From Dipteris shenzhenensis (taxonomy: Eukaryota), in assembly GCA_047967505.1 (NCBI GenBank), contig CM106538.1: 64,000 bases of DNA; one strand, given 5' to 3'. Position numbers and translations under genes: made by a program. Shown here one piece after another: positions 48,496 to 61,021 of this stretch. The stretch's first letter is position 1. The number at the start of each line of letters is the position of its first letter. The notes beneath the pieces are model-generated. The model saw only the letters and a program-made list of their open reading frames with translations, had not been told where the DNA came from and did no database searches.

Positions 48496-51312
48496 AAGAA
48501 AGAAATTGGAAAAAAAAAAGGAGGAATCAAGAAAAATTAGGGAGTATTTGTGAAATAGAAGGAAAAGGAATTAGAAAAAATAGGAAAAGGAAAAATTAAG
48601 AAATTAAGTGGATGCAAAAGAAAAAGGAGAACAGTAAGTGTGTGTGTGTGTGTGTGGTGGTGAAAATGAGGTACATACACTAATAAGTGCATATAATGTT
48701 CCATGAAAGCATAAACAAGCTTGATGCACTTGATGCGAAGTTGATCTTTGTATGGATATGATCCTAAAAATGTTTCAAAGACACTAATACAACGTGGTCT
48801 GTGAATGTGCTGGAAAATTATTTGAGACACTATATTTATGTTAGGAATTGTACTTGTTCCATGGATGACATAATATGATTGTGATGAAACATTTTTGTAC
48901 AATGACGTGTAAATCATCCTTTTTCTTTGATATTGCAATCTATCGATGTCACAATATCAAATGCAATTAGAAATCAAATCAAATCGAGATCCTTAGTTAG
49001 AGGTACAAGAAGGCAACTCTGTATTTGAAATGTTCTATAAAGAAGCTAGCAAATATCGAACTTTTTAAAAAAATAATTTATAACCATTGAGATGTCTATT
49101 ATAAAGGTGTCAATATTTTATAGTCAAAGCAAACATAGTATGTTCACTACCATTGTACCTTACAATAGATCCCATATGTTGGCCAAAGATGAAAACATGC
49201 CTTTAGCTCTATGAATACTTTAATTCAGCATTGCAAGTAAAAACACATTACCCATATATAGGTCATGCTATCACCTATATCCTCGAAGACCATGCGTAGG
49301 GATCTATGGGGCAACTTAGTGTTTGAGTCATGCATTTTAATGTTCCATAAGAATCCTGTACACCACAAGATCCTACACGTATTTCAAGAGGCATGTATGA
49401 TTATTAACATTTGTGTGGTAATATGACCACCAAGAAAGCAATATGAGTATCCCATTAAGCCTCGTGTGGCATTTCTACACTAGAGTCACAGGCCTTCAGA
49501 TGTTCCATAAATATTGGGCATGTATTGTGTATTTTCCTTGATGAAAAGGGTTCAACACCATAAATCCATGTGGCACGAATATGTCAACCATGTTTAGTAT
49601 GGCCTATAGATAGAGAATGAGCATACCTCAAATACTGGAAATGCCAGGGCAAGCCACTCGAGCATAACAATTACCTTGGAGGGTCAAGTAATAGCTCAAG
49701 TTCTCCACCTTAATGGAAATTATGTTGGTTTTCCCTCCCCTTTTATTTGAAGCTTTACTCACCAACGACCTATCCACCTGCCTCTTCATGTGATGCGAGT
49801 TATAATTTCTTATTGTTGCATGAGGCGTCTAAGCATCCTAGGCATCCTCTCTCAAGACATTTTAGAGATTAAACCTGGAACTACTTGGAGATCTCGGACT
49901 CTTACCCTCTACCACTGGAGGTGATGCTCATGATCTTGCAGCCCCGAAAAGGGGGTTCGACTAGCGTAGTGGGCTCCCAGACATATCCATTTTGGAGATT
50001 TCAGCTCGTCTCCATAGGGTTGGAGGAGTGGATTTCAGGGGTATATGATGCTATGATGGGGGACTAGATCTCACACATGATGGAAGATTAGATGGGTCCA
50101 CTAGGACTAGATCTTTGGCATGCCCATGGTGCTGAAGTGAACTTCTAGTTGAGATTCACGCGAGAGAAGCTGATTTATGGTTTGACAATAGGCATTATCA
50201 GATTGCAAAATGAGGCAAGGATTACCACCATTTAGGCATTCACTGTCAAAGAGCATGGTATTGGTAATAGAAATATGTGCCAAAAAAGAGAGAAGAAGTA
50301 CATTGTTACCATCCCGTGTGAAGATGCACGTATTACTCGGACCTCAAGCGCATTCACCTTCGTGCTCTTGATCTAGCACACAAGCTGCAAACCTCCCAGC
50401 TGTGTACAGTTAGATGCCAATTTCAGGCTCTTAGGGTAATTGACCTATTAGTCTAGTGCATACGCAAGACAATCGTTTTGCTTGGCAATGATCTCTCAAG
50501 ATGGGTAGCTCATTATATATAGGTATATAATGTCCATAGGCCGACTTGGTTAGCTCTCTTGAGTAGTCGGTGATATTCTTAGTCGGCATCACTACGTCTA
50601 ACTTGGTGGTTTTCCTCATGGTAGCTCCATGAAATTACTTTCGACTTTGGATAGTTCTAAGTCTAATGTTAATTCGCCAGGGTGACGTTATAGACGAATA
50701 GTCATTGAACATGTTGGCACCATTTCAAGGCTTTTAAGCATTGTGTTGTATATGCATGCCAATTCTAGTTATTTTTAGTTACGATCAAACGTGACTACCT
50801 TGCCATATGGAGTGATCCAAGTGATTGAATCATGCTAATCTAGACTTATTTCAACCGGCTCTTCGATTTTAGGTTGTATATGGCATGAATCTTTGCATTC
50901 AATGGCCCCTCCAAAGTATAAGGGTATGCATGCCAGTATGTACCCCTTTTAGAAGGGCCAATGTACTAATTGCTCTAAAAAACATTCATTATAGTCTCCC
51001 CACCATGAGCATGATGATTTACACATGTAATTGTACACAAATGTTTCATCACAATCATATTATGTCATCCATGGAACAAGTACAGTTCCTGACATAAATA
51101 TAGTGTCTCAAATAATTTTCTAGCACATTCACGGAACACGTTGTATTAGTGTCTTTAAAACATTTTTAGGATCATATCCATACAAAGATCACCTTGGCAT
51201 CAAGCTTGTTTATGCTTTCATGGAACATTATATGCACTTGTTAGTGCATGTACCTCATTTTCACCATAAAACACATGTGTGTGTATGGGTGTCTATGTAT
51301 GCATGCACACTT

Positions 51313-51344
<32 letters not shown>

Positions 51345-54300
51345 GACTTGACAATACCCCTTTGCATAGTTAAATGACTAGAGAGTGAAGCTGGAGAATG
51401 AAAAAGAAGGAGAAACTTATTGCATTAAAGGAAAAGAATTTGAACAAGTAGGTGAACCCCTAAAAGTTGCCAAATGGTGGGCAATTTCGTAAAATTGATT
51501 TTTCATAACTGAATAAAAGTAGAGCTTGGATAAGTCCTTGCTAGCATCACTTTTATTGAAGAGGGGAGTCTGCATACCTGCCACCATCCAACAAGAAAAA
51601 CGGTAAGAACCAGCTTTAGCTTTAGTTGGGAAGATAGGTGTCATAAACACTCCTCCCTTGTTATCGGGGTCACAATAAAAATTAACGCTTAGCCTCACAC
51701 TAATCAAGCTAGTGAGAACATGTGAATGTAAAGACTTTTAAAGTAAACCATTGGGGAAATAGAAGAAAAAGGGGGGTCAATGTGAGCATTTAATAGGAGA
51801 GCACATAAATATGAAAAAAAGTTTATGAATAGAACTATATTAAACATGGGAGGGAAAAAATTAGGAATTAGTTTTAAAAAAAGGGGGGAAGAGGGGGAAG
51901 AAAAAAAAGGAGAAATAGATGAGAGGGAAATTTTATAGGTAAAAAAAGCCAAGAGGAAAAACTAAGGCGGGGGGAAATAAGAATAAAAGGGGGGGGGAAG
52001 GGGAGGGGGAAGAGGATGAAAAAATATAGTGTGGGGAGTGGAAAATAAATGGAAGTGGGAAGAAACATTATAAGGGGGACTTTAATAAATTTGTAGGACG
52101 GGGAGGAAAGAGAGTAAAAAGTGGGGGGGAGTATATATCTATAGAGAAGGGGAATAATAGATATAGAGAGAGAATGTAAATGAGAAGTAAAGGGGGTGGG
52201 GGGGAGAAATAATAATTAAGAGAGGGAAAAAGGTATTTGGGGGGGGGGGGGGGTTGTGAGAAATTAGCTAAACATAAGAAATAAAAAAAACCTAAGAATC
52301 GATGGAATGTGGCGACGAGCAAGTGCAGAAAAAGGTGAAGGGGGAGCCGACAGTCGTGGGAGTCGTATTATGAATCATGTGTACCATGGGGAGGGAGAAA
52401 ATTGAAGGCATGGGGGGTGAGAAGACCGTGATGGAGAAGGTCTCTGAGTTGTACTGTGCTAAGGAAGGGGATTTGCAGTCAATGTAAATGTACTTGGGGG
52501 AGCAGTACATAAGGAGAGGCAAGAAGTGAATTTTGGAGATGCAGAGAGGACAACATGGAGTGAGAGGGAGAGGTAGGTTGTAGGTGGCGAATTAGGTAGT
52601 GCCAGCACAAGAGCAAGGGACATAAGTAAATGGCAAGGGCTTAGGAGGGGAGAGTTGCAAAGGAGAAGTTAAAATATCAAATGGGGGGGGACGTCGGGGA
52701 AGTTAGGAGCTGTAGTGAGTAGATGGGGGGGTGCGAAAGTCGAGAGGCTGTGCAAAATATGAAGCGAGGGGCGAGAGGTGACTAGCAGGGATGCGTGGTG
52801 GATGTGGCAGGCGCGCAGTTCGTGGAGGCCGTCAGCAAAGGCAAGAAGTAAAGGATAGGGAGGCAAGGAGTGAATTGAGTGAGACTAGACTAGAGGAGGA
52901 GTGCGTATATAGGCTAGGGAGTCTAAGTCGAGGAAGGGGGTCAGGGAAAGGGGAGTTGGGTTTTGGGATGGTTAGGGAGTAGTTAGTGGAAGGTTTTAGT
53001 ATTAAGTAAGTTTAGTTAGGGACGTAGTGTAGGGGGGGTTAGTTAAGGAGGATTAGTTCTGTGTAGTTTAGTTTGAGGTGTGTAGTATAAATAGAAAAAT
53101 AGGGAGAAAATAGCTAAGAAATAGGAAAATTAGGGAGAGAAGAGGGGGGTTTGGGGGCAAAATTAGGGAGAGACAAGTTAGAAGAAATGAAGGAAAATAA
53201 GAAACATGAAAAAATGAGAAAGTAAGGAAATAGAAAAAATGAGTGAAAGATAATAAAACTAAGTGAAAATAGTACAATTAATTAAGGATAAATTATAGAA
53301 ATAGAGAATAAATTGAGTAAATAGGGGAAAAGAAGGAAAAAGTAAAGATTAATAAGAAAAAATTAAGACAAATTAAGAAAAAATAACTGAGAAAAAAAAA
53401 GAGAGAATAAGAGAAAATGTAAAAGAAATTTAGAAACTGGGAGAAAATTTAAGAGGAAACTAGATACTTAGAACAAATTAGAGAAAAAGAGGAAATTTTA
53501 AGAAGAAATTAGGGGGAAATAGGGGATGATTAGGAAAATTTAAGGAAAAGAAAACTAGGAAAAAAGGGGGAAAATAGGCAAAATATTAAAAAAATAGGAG
53601 GAAAAAAAGGAAGAAAATTAGAAAAAGTAGGAAAAATAAAGGAGAAAATTGGGCAGAAAATAGGAAAAATTTGGGGGAAATTAGGAAAAAGTAGGGAAAA
53701 TTAGGAGGGAGAAAATAAGGAAACTTAGGGTGAGGGATATAAGGAAAAAAAATTATTTAAGAAATTAAGAAAAAAAAGGAAAATAATGGTAAACAGGGAA
53801 TTTTAGGAGAAAGAGAGGGGAGAGGAGGGTAGAGAGAGAGTGAGGGGAGAGGTAGTTTAAAAGGGTTTTCGAAGGATTATAAAGGGAAGAAAAAGTAACT
53901 AGTATGGTCAAAAGGAAAAAAGGGATAGTTATGTGTGTGTGTGGGTGTGTGAAGACTCAACAAAACCCGTTTCATAGTGAAATGAAAACAATTTTGGTAA
54001 TGGACATAAAAGAGAAACCTGCTATGAAACATTATAAAAAAGACCAAGAGGTGTGCAAATTGCAAAAGGTTTGTAGAATGCATGATTGTATAAACAAGTT
54101 TTGCTTTGATAAGTCATAGCAAGCATCAATTTTATTGAAGAGGGGAGTCTGCATAACTACCAACATCCAACAAGGAAAACATGGTAAGAGCGTGCTTAAA
54201 CCCTAGTTGGGAAGACATGTGTCATAAACACCCCTCTCTTGTTATCAGGGTCACAATAAAAATAAACACGTAACCACAAACTTATCAAGCTTAGTGAGAA

Positions 54301-54990
54301 CCTACAGGTGTAAAGTTATTTGAAGTAACCATGAGGAAAATAATGAGAAATAAAGCAAAAAGAAACCAATGTGAGCATTTAATTACACAAAGATTTATTG
54401 GAGAGATAATAAGTATATAGATATAAAAATGGGAAAATGAAGAGAAACATATAAAAAATGGGGGAATTTAAAAGAAGGGGGCTAATAAAAAATTAAAGAG
54501 AGAAATAAAAAATAGGGGGGAGGGGGTTTAAGGAGAGACATAAAAAAATGGGTAAAATAAATTAAAAAATGGAGAAAAGACGGGGGAATGAAAGGTTAAG
54601 AAGATGTAAAAATAATCTTTAGAAAGTGGAGGGCAATAAATTAAAAAATGAGGGATAAAGAAACTTATGCAAGCATTTAATTACAATAGGATTAATAGTT
54701 AAAGTTAATCACAAAATTAAAGAGAGATAACGGGGGTTAAGGAGAGACATATTTTACAGAGGGATATAAAAAGGTTTTAAGGAGAGATATAAAAATGGTT
54801 TAAAGGAGAGAGATATTTGAAAAGGGGTTTAAGGGGGATATATACCTAAAAGAGAGATAAAAATAGGGGTATAAGGAAAGACATAAAAATTAAGGGGAGA
54901 TAATAAGCATAGTAAGAATAGGGGAGATAATAGGGGTTAAATAAGAATTAAAGAGACATCAAAAAGGGGGGTTAAGGAGAGACACCTCTA
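45808..54990. repeat. Mosaic of repeated modules (A x2, B x3, C x3) with purine-rich spacers and microsatellites
   Basis: A: ~45808-46050 and ~46573-46828. B: ~46835-47313, ~50790-51272 and inverted ~48652-48917. C: ~48085-48260, ~51520-51800 and ~54105-54380. Confidence 0.85.
47372..47754. repeat. Long inverted repeat (MITE/foldback-like hairpin)
   Basis: Arms ~47387-47542 and 47577-47740 around a 34-nt loop; flanked by (CA)n on the left and (TG)n on the right. Confidence 0.9.
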
Positions 54991-55008
54991 AGTGAAAGAA
55001 GGGTATTT

Positions 55009-55152
55009 AACAAGTGAGTAAAAGTACTTGTGAGCACTGCCTTCGAGTTGGTTTTGTCAAAGGAAAACAATTGTTAAGATGAATAAATGATTAATTTACA
55101 ACACATGTGATGGAAGCCGTGTATAGGAAAGTTCAAATGAGTTGCAAACTCC

Positions 55153-55210
<58 letters not shown>

Positions 55211-55395
55211 AAAAAAAGAAAGTGTGTGTGAGTGAGTGTGTGTGGGAGAGAGAAAGAACCAAAATAGAAGGGGGCCACATGGTAACAAAGTGTGTGGGAC
55301 ACTTTTTTAATAAAAGTGTACCTAGAGCGCTGCCTGAAGGCAGTGCTAACAAATTGAAAAAAAGGGAGGCCATCTCCTCTGAGTCCATTGAGGTC
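55009..55395. repeat. Dispersed repeat with (GT)n(GA)n microsatellite and CTAG+hairpin (copy 2)
   Basis: Matches 17321-17672; hairpin agcgctgcc-tgaa-ggcagtgct at 55326-55347 adjacent to CTAG at 55322-55325. Confidence 0.85.
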
Positions 55396-55749
55396 ACACC
55401 AGTGGGGAGGTATGAGCAGTTATTCATAACGTAGATCAGGGCGACTAGGAGAGGGGTACATAGCCTGTACATAGAGTCAGTGGGAGGTGTAAATGCAGAG
55501 GTGTGCAGGGGGCAGACCCGTAAAGCGGTTTGGTGGTAGACAGTGGCAGGTTGAGCAACGAGGCAGCTGGGATGGAAAAGTATGTGTAGGTAGCAGGATA
55601 GCTAGGGTGTAGTAAGCAACGGGATAGTAGTAGTAGGCAGTGGGTGGGCAGCCGGGCTGTAGGAGTATTGTCGTGAGTAGGAGCAGGTGGGAGGAGGCCT
55701 TTAAAAAGGCTTTGTAATGATAATCGGGGGAGGAAAAGTCGAGGAAGAG

Positions 55750-56412
55750 AGTACCACTTATGAAGGGGCATTAAAGAGAAAAGGACATGCAAAGGGGGAG
55801 GAGGGGCCATTATAATATTATAGTTATCTTTAGATTAGCTATACTACTCTATAGCTTAGTAGTAAGTACCTTGCATTAAAGAGACACAATATTTACCTCC
55901 CTTGAGTGATTACCAACATCAAGGAGTGATATTAATTAGTACTTCTTTATACGAAAGTGGATTCTTCAACAAAATCGTTTTTCTTCCATATTTTGCATGA
56001 ATTTCAGTGAAGTATTATTTCTAGTCCTTTCTAATCCTTGACATTGTGCAAAAGGGTGTAGAGTATGTACTACAACATAATGGTGTACTGCTGTAGTACT
56101 AGTACTATGTCTATTTAGGGGGGGTTTAGACCACTCGTCTGGATGACTTCGAAAATGAAAAGAAAGGGGCGCTCTCTCTCCTGGACGAATCATCATTGCG
56201 GGCTTCTCTATGGGTCTTGAACCCCAGACGCGGGGCCTAGACAGTTTTACTCTACCACCAAGCCAATGAAATGTTACTGCAATTAATTTGCTCGTTTTCT
56301 TTATAACTTGCCCGGTGGATATTTTTTCACACTACCCTAGCGGGGCGGGTGGTGTGAACCTACCCTTATAGGAATGCTAGGATTACAAAAGGATGACAAC
56401 ATAAGATGTACT
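55750..56412. promoter_or_regulatory. Cluster of GTACT/AGTAC motifs (putative copper-response elements) upstream of Fe-SOD
   Basis: Motifs at 55750, 55865, 55939, 56067, 56085, 56096, 56102 and 56408; four lie within 40 bp. Confidence 0.6.
56200..56272 (-). mobile_element. tRNA-derived SINE-like head (Pol III A and B boxes)
   Basis: Minus-strand A box TGGCTTGGTGG (56265-56255) and B box GGTTCAAGACC (56223-56213) at tRNA-like spacing; no anticodon or acceptor stem. Confidence 0.55.
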
Positions 56413-56440
56413 AGTGCCAGGCTCTAGGGAGGAAACCAAC

Positions 56441-56498
56441 TGCCAACGTGGATCTACGTGGCACATCCTACGTTGGTCCTACGTGGGTCCACGTGGCA
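56441..56498. promoter_or_regulatory. Palindromic array of five ACGT cores (G-box/ABRE-like)
   Basis: tgccaACGTggatctACGTggcacatcctACGTtggtcctACGTgggtccACGTggca, 72-129 bp upstream of the Fe-SOD ATG; includes CACGTGGC. Confidence 0.6.
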
Positions 56499-56569
56499 AT
56501 TGAGGCTTAGCACACAAAAATACACTAAAAGCTTTGCGACGGAGAGTGTCTCAGATTTGCTTGGAGGCC

Positions 56570-57844
56570 ATGGCCTTGGCTTTGCCGTGCCTCAGTTTCC
56601 TTCCTGCGTCTCAGAATTTTCCATCTATATCTGGTGTAAGCGGTGTTTCCTAAAGTTTCGACCTCTACAGTTTGTGACTGTAGTAAGCCTTTAGAATACA
56701 AATTATAGAAGCAGTTTGTAATGCTTCTTCTTAATGTTCACACTGTCATTTAGCTAACTTGCCTCATGTCATAGGCTGCTCAGACAAAGGTTAATGCTGC
56801 ACACAGAAGCCTTGTTGTTGTTGCTGCGTTTGAATTGAGACCGCCACCTTATGAACTGGTGAAGTTCTTACATTGATTCTTGTTTTATGAAGTCTCTTCG
56901 TTTATATCTTCAAAGAGGACGGATTCTTTGTGTGTTTCCTGATGGCTTATATTTTTCATTCTACCCATAAATGGTTTGCAGAACGCGCTTGAGCCTTACA
57001 TGAGTAAACAAACCTTGGACTACCATTGGGGTCAGCATCATCGAGCGTACGTGAATAATTTAAATAAGCAGATTCAGGACTCAAACTTGGAGGGCAAGAC
57101 ACTCGAAGAAATTGTGAAACTAGGCTACAACAATGGAAACCCTGCTCCTTATTTCAACAATGCCGGCCAGGTGCTTTTTTCTCGATAACCTAGGCCTCCA
57201 AGGATGAAATTGTGATGTGCGTAGTCATACCTGCAAGGAATGAGCTAATGATAGTATTATACGCCATTTCTTTGTAAAGGGTAGACTGATACTTGGCATG
57301 GAAAGGAAAGACTCTGCTATGGTTCATTTGATGTTGAATCGTTGGCGTGCACCTATGACAAGCTTAGTTATAGATGAAGACCTAAAAATTAGATGCGGTT
57401 TTAAGGATCTGGGGAGGTGTATTAATAGATTGCTGGGAACATGGCCTTTCAGGCGTGGAATCATGATTTCTTTTGGGATTCCATGAGACCTGGAGGGGGG
57501 AAAAAGCCTGATGGAGAATTGCTTAAGTTGATTGAAAGAGATTTTGATTCATTTGACGCTTTTGTGGAGGAGTTCAAGCAGGCTGCTGCCACGCAATTTG
57601 GCTCTGGTTGGGCCTGGCTGGTAGGTAAGTGTTCCAGTTCTTATTTACGTTGTGTCTGGTATTACGTTTCTTTCCAAGTGGCTATCTCATGGATGGGAGG
57701 GGCAAAGTGTGCCTTTGAAAACCATCGTTATCAATGTCTTGTTTTGCAGCCAAGAGTGCCGATGCCATGCTTGAGCGGAAGTTTGCGAAACTGGTCGTTG
57801 AGAAGACTCCCAACGCTCTAAACCCTCTTCTGTTGGGCCACATC
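56570..57844 (+). CDS. FSD: Plastid iron superoxide dismutase, exons 1-5 (56570-56635, 56775-56858, 56982-57170, 57453-57624, 57750-57844); 3' exons not in window
   Basis: GT-AG introns with consistent phases give a transit-like [10 protein letters not shown]..., then [34 protein letters not shown]...[14 protein letters not shown]...[10 protein letters not shown]...[10 protein letters not shown]. The Fe-type Gln before WNH is present; DVWEHAYY is absent. Confidence 0.93.
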
Positions 57845-57952
57845 GTGAGTACCATGACATGCTTCCAAATAAGGCTAATGTTCTGTACCAGGTTATACTA
57901 GTTTTATGTTTTCGGTGAACTGCTATGGAAGCATCTGAGCTTGTCTTAAAGA

Positions 57953-60640
57953 TGTATATTCCAGGTATTGTCTAGAAGCTCAAACACATTTCCTCCATTG
58001 GTCAAAAGTTACAATTGTCTGTGGACAATATTAGGAGCATTTCCTGTAGCATTTATAAAGGTGCATCATTTGCACCACCAAATCCTCCTTTTTGACACAG
58101 GATTGGAACGAGGGAAAAGGATAAATACTTCGACCACAACCCTTTGAAATGTGAAGATGTCCTTTGATAATAAAGATTTATCACTCTGTTTACACTCGCT
58201 GTGCATATAAAGGCGAGTCTATCCCATGGATTGTTGCTACGAGTGTGGGTATGTGTGTGTGTATGAAGTAATGAAGCCACCTAAGATATATGCTATACGT
58301 ACATACATACATACATACGATACATGAACGCCTTGTAGATACATGTATAGACAAATGTGTACATACATACCTACATACATACAAACATACATATATGCAT
58401 GCATGCCTGCGCAAACGTGTCTGAAGGATACAATTGTGGTATCAGAGCAGCATGGTTTCTTCTGATATGAAGAGTTTGGAGGGAGTCTTGGCAGGAAAGC
58501 TCAGTAATGGGGACTTTGTCAGCAGAGGAGGGAGCTCATTAGCTCCCTCCCTCCCTCCATCGTGCATCGAGTTGGCTCTCGTCTTCACTTGTGTGCGTTT
58601 ACACCTTGCGACAAGGTTATGGGAAAATTTTTTTTTTCTCTTGTAGTCATTGTCGCAGCTGTTGATGGGCCTACCAGCCTTCCACCATGGACCCATCCAG
58701 TATAGCAGCTCTCATGCGAGCTTTCAGCGCGTCCTTGAGTAGAATCGGCTCCAGCTTCAGCTCTTGTATGAGCATGAAAAGAAGACAATGGAGGATGCAA
58801 CAACATTGGAACATTTCCAGCTTCTGATAGAACAGGAACCCCTTGAGGTGGCCGTGCATCGGGCCAGACGTCGTGCCGACTTAGCAGCATTGGAGGTCCA
58901 GCGCAGGTGAGATTGAGAGGAGGTGCTTTTACAGCATCAACAGTTTCTCCCGGTCTGCTCACAGTTCCTCTCCCAATTAGCAGCTACCAGTGTGAGTCCA
59001 TCATCCAGTCATGGGTCTTCCACCCTAGAGCCTAGTGTAGTGGACTATCCTCCTGCGATACCCATAGACAGTTCTTCGTCCTACATGTGGTTCTTTATCT
59101 GCTCAGGAGTCTTCCATCTCAGAGCACAGTTCAGTGTCTATTCTTCAGCAGTTTAGAAATTGGCTTCTCTTGGGTCTACCAGTCCGGGGGACCATTTAGT
59201 TTCCACAGTAGGTGCATGCAGTTCCTCAGTGTCTTCTATCCATGAGGTTACTGCAGCCATTTCCACAGCTAGCTCCCAGGGGTCTTCCATCCTTGGGGCC
59301 ATCTCAACTCAGTTAGCATGCCCAGATGATGAGCCTCGTGGGTCTACCACCCATGGGGATCATGCAGTCTCAGCAGCTTATTCTCTTGGGTCTACCACCC
59401 ATGGGGATCATCTAGTTTCAACAGCTTGGGTTCCCACGAGGGGATCATTCATTCAGTACAATTAGCTCGGATGGGTTTTCACTCATCCAGCAGCTTTGTT
59501 ATGTCCAGTTTGTTCCTCTGGGTCTTCCACCCTGTGAGCTTAGTCAGCTAGATCAGCTTTATCAGGGGAGCATAGTGCTTTCACAGTTATCACATAGTCA
59601 GCTAGATCAGCTTTATCAGGTAGCATAGTGCTTTCACAGTTATTTGTGATGGGTCTCCTTTCTTGGAGGCATCTCAGACCCATTAGCAGTTGGAGTAGAT
59701 GAGATTGGCTCCACCGCTCGAGGGGGTAGTCTAGTTCCCACAGTTAGTTCTCTTAGTACTTCCACTGAAGGGGACACCCCAGCTTCAATAGACGGGTCTT
59801 CCATCCATCATGCTTTTTCATCAACTACAGTCAATTCCTATGGGTCTTCCACCCTTGGAGCTCCGTTGGCCACATCAGCTTTAGTTGCGATGTCTCACAT
59901 TTCACCTTCTCATCAGGAGTGTTCAGGATTAGTGGGCTCAGTACTGGTCTTAGTGCTCAACAGGAAGGGGTATCTCAGGAGTCTGCCAGACCAGTTTTAG
60001 GCCTAGCGAGAGTGAGCACCCTCACGGTTGGAGTAGCACGTGTAGCTATCAGTTGTACGGAGGTTGACGATCCCTCAGCAGTCAGTGAGGATAGTCATGC
60101 AATTCCCTCCACAGTTCCCCTTCGGTCTTTAGGGAGGTAGTAGTTGTAGTACTAGTCAGGCAAGAGGTTGACGACACCTTACCAATATTGTGTCCTTCAC
60201 TTCGGGAGGTTAGTCGTACAGTTCTTTCCTCTTCATCAGATCTCGAGCCACCAGTAGTAGCATTGACTAGTGTCTACACCTGCTGATGACAACAGTTGGG
60301 TTGATTCATTAGAGGTGTGCTCATCAGTTTTAGTCCTTTCTCAGTAACTCAGGGGGACAGGCTAAGTCACAGTATCCCTTCGGGAAGAAGCTATGCCATC
60401 CATTGCTGAGTCCTTTCAAGAGGCATAACAGTTAGTCATTGCAGTTGAGTTGTTTTTAGCAGTTCCGGACATCTCATAGTCCTTTCAGGCAGCATCCCAA
60501 TCAATACATTCAGTAGAGGGGTGCTCAGCAGCTCTTCTATTTCTTCGGGCAGCATCCTCTTAAGTCCATTCATTAGAGGAATGCTTATCAGACCCCTTCG
60601 TCTCTCTCTCAGTCCCATTGGGACACAAGGCATTTACATC
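57953..60640 (+). mobile_element. LTR element in FSD intron 5: putative 5' LTR 57953-58432, PBS, and repetitive interior without recognisable pol
   Basis: PBS tggtatcagagc at 58437-58448 after ..ATACA; LTR start inferred from the TGTAT..ATACA terminal repeat. Interior has recurring gggtct(t/a)ccacc motifs and ~48/55-bp tandem repeats; right end unresolved. Confidence 0.6.
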
Positions 60641-61021
60641 GACTATCCACATTCTAGAATGGAAGCAGCGTTTTTACCCTTATCGGCTTGGCTAGGGAAA
60701 TGCAACCTGAAAATACCGATTTTTGAATTGAGAAAATGGATTTTGTGTACAGTAGCAAAGAGTATCAAACCTGCCCTAAACAAGACCATGCTCGGCTCAA
60801 AGAAAGCACTGTGAAAAGTGCCTCTAAAGTCAAATCAAATCAGAAAACTTATGTTCAGAATGCAGCACCACTCCCAATGCATGACCTGAACAGGGCAGGC
60901 GTAAATTGAAAAATTGGAGTTGATTTAATTGCTGTTTGGCTCGAAAACGACTTGAAGCTGAGTATTTACTGACAGAAACTGGCCAGGCTAGCAAGACAAT
61001 ACCTCCCTAAGATGGGCCAAC

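Noticed and set aside
49000-50780. Gypsy RT remnant (GHYQI..)
   Set aside because: Too degraded to support by eye.
56200-56272. Functional tRNA gene
   Set aside because: A and B boxes are present, but acceptor and anticodon stems do not pair.
58980-59650. CRISPR-like repeat-spacer array
   Set aside because: Repeats are degenerate and irregularly spaced inside a eukaryotic LTR element; no cas genes.
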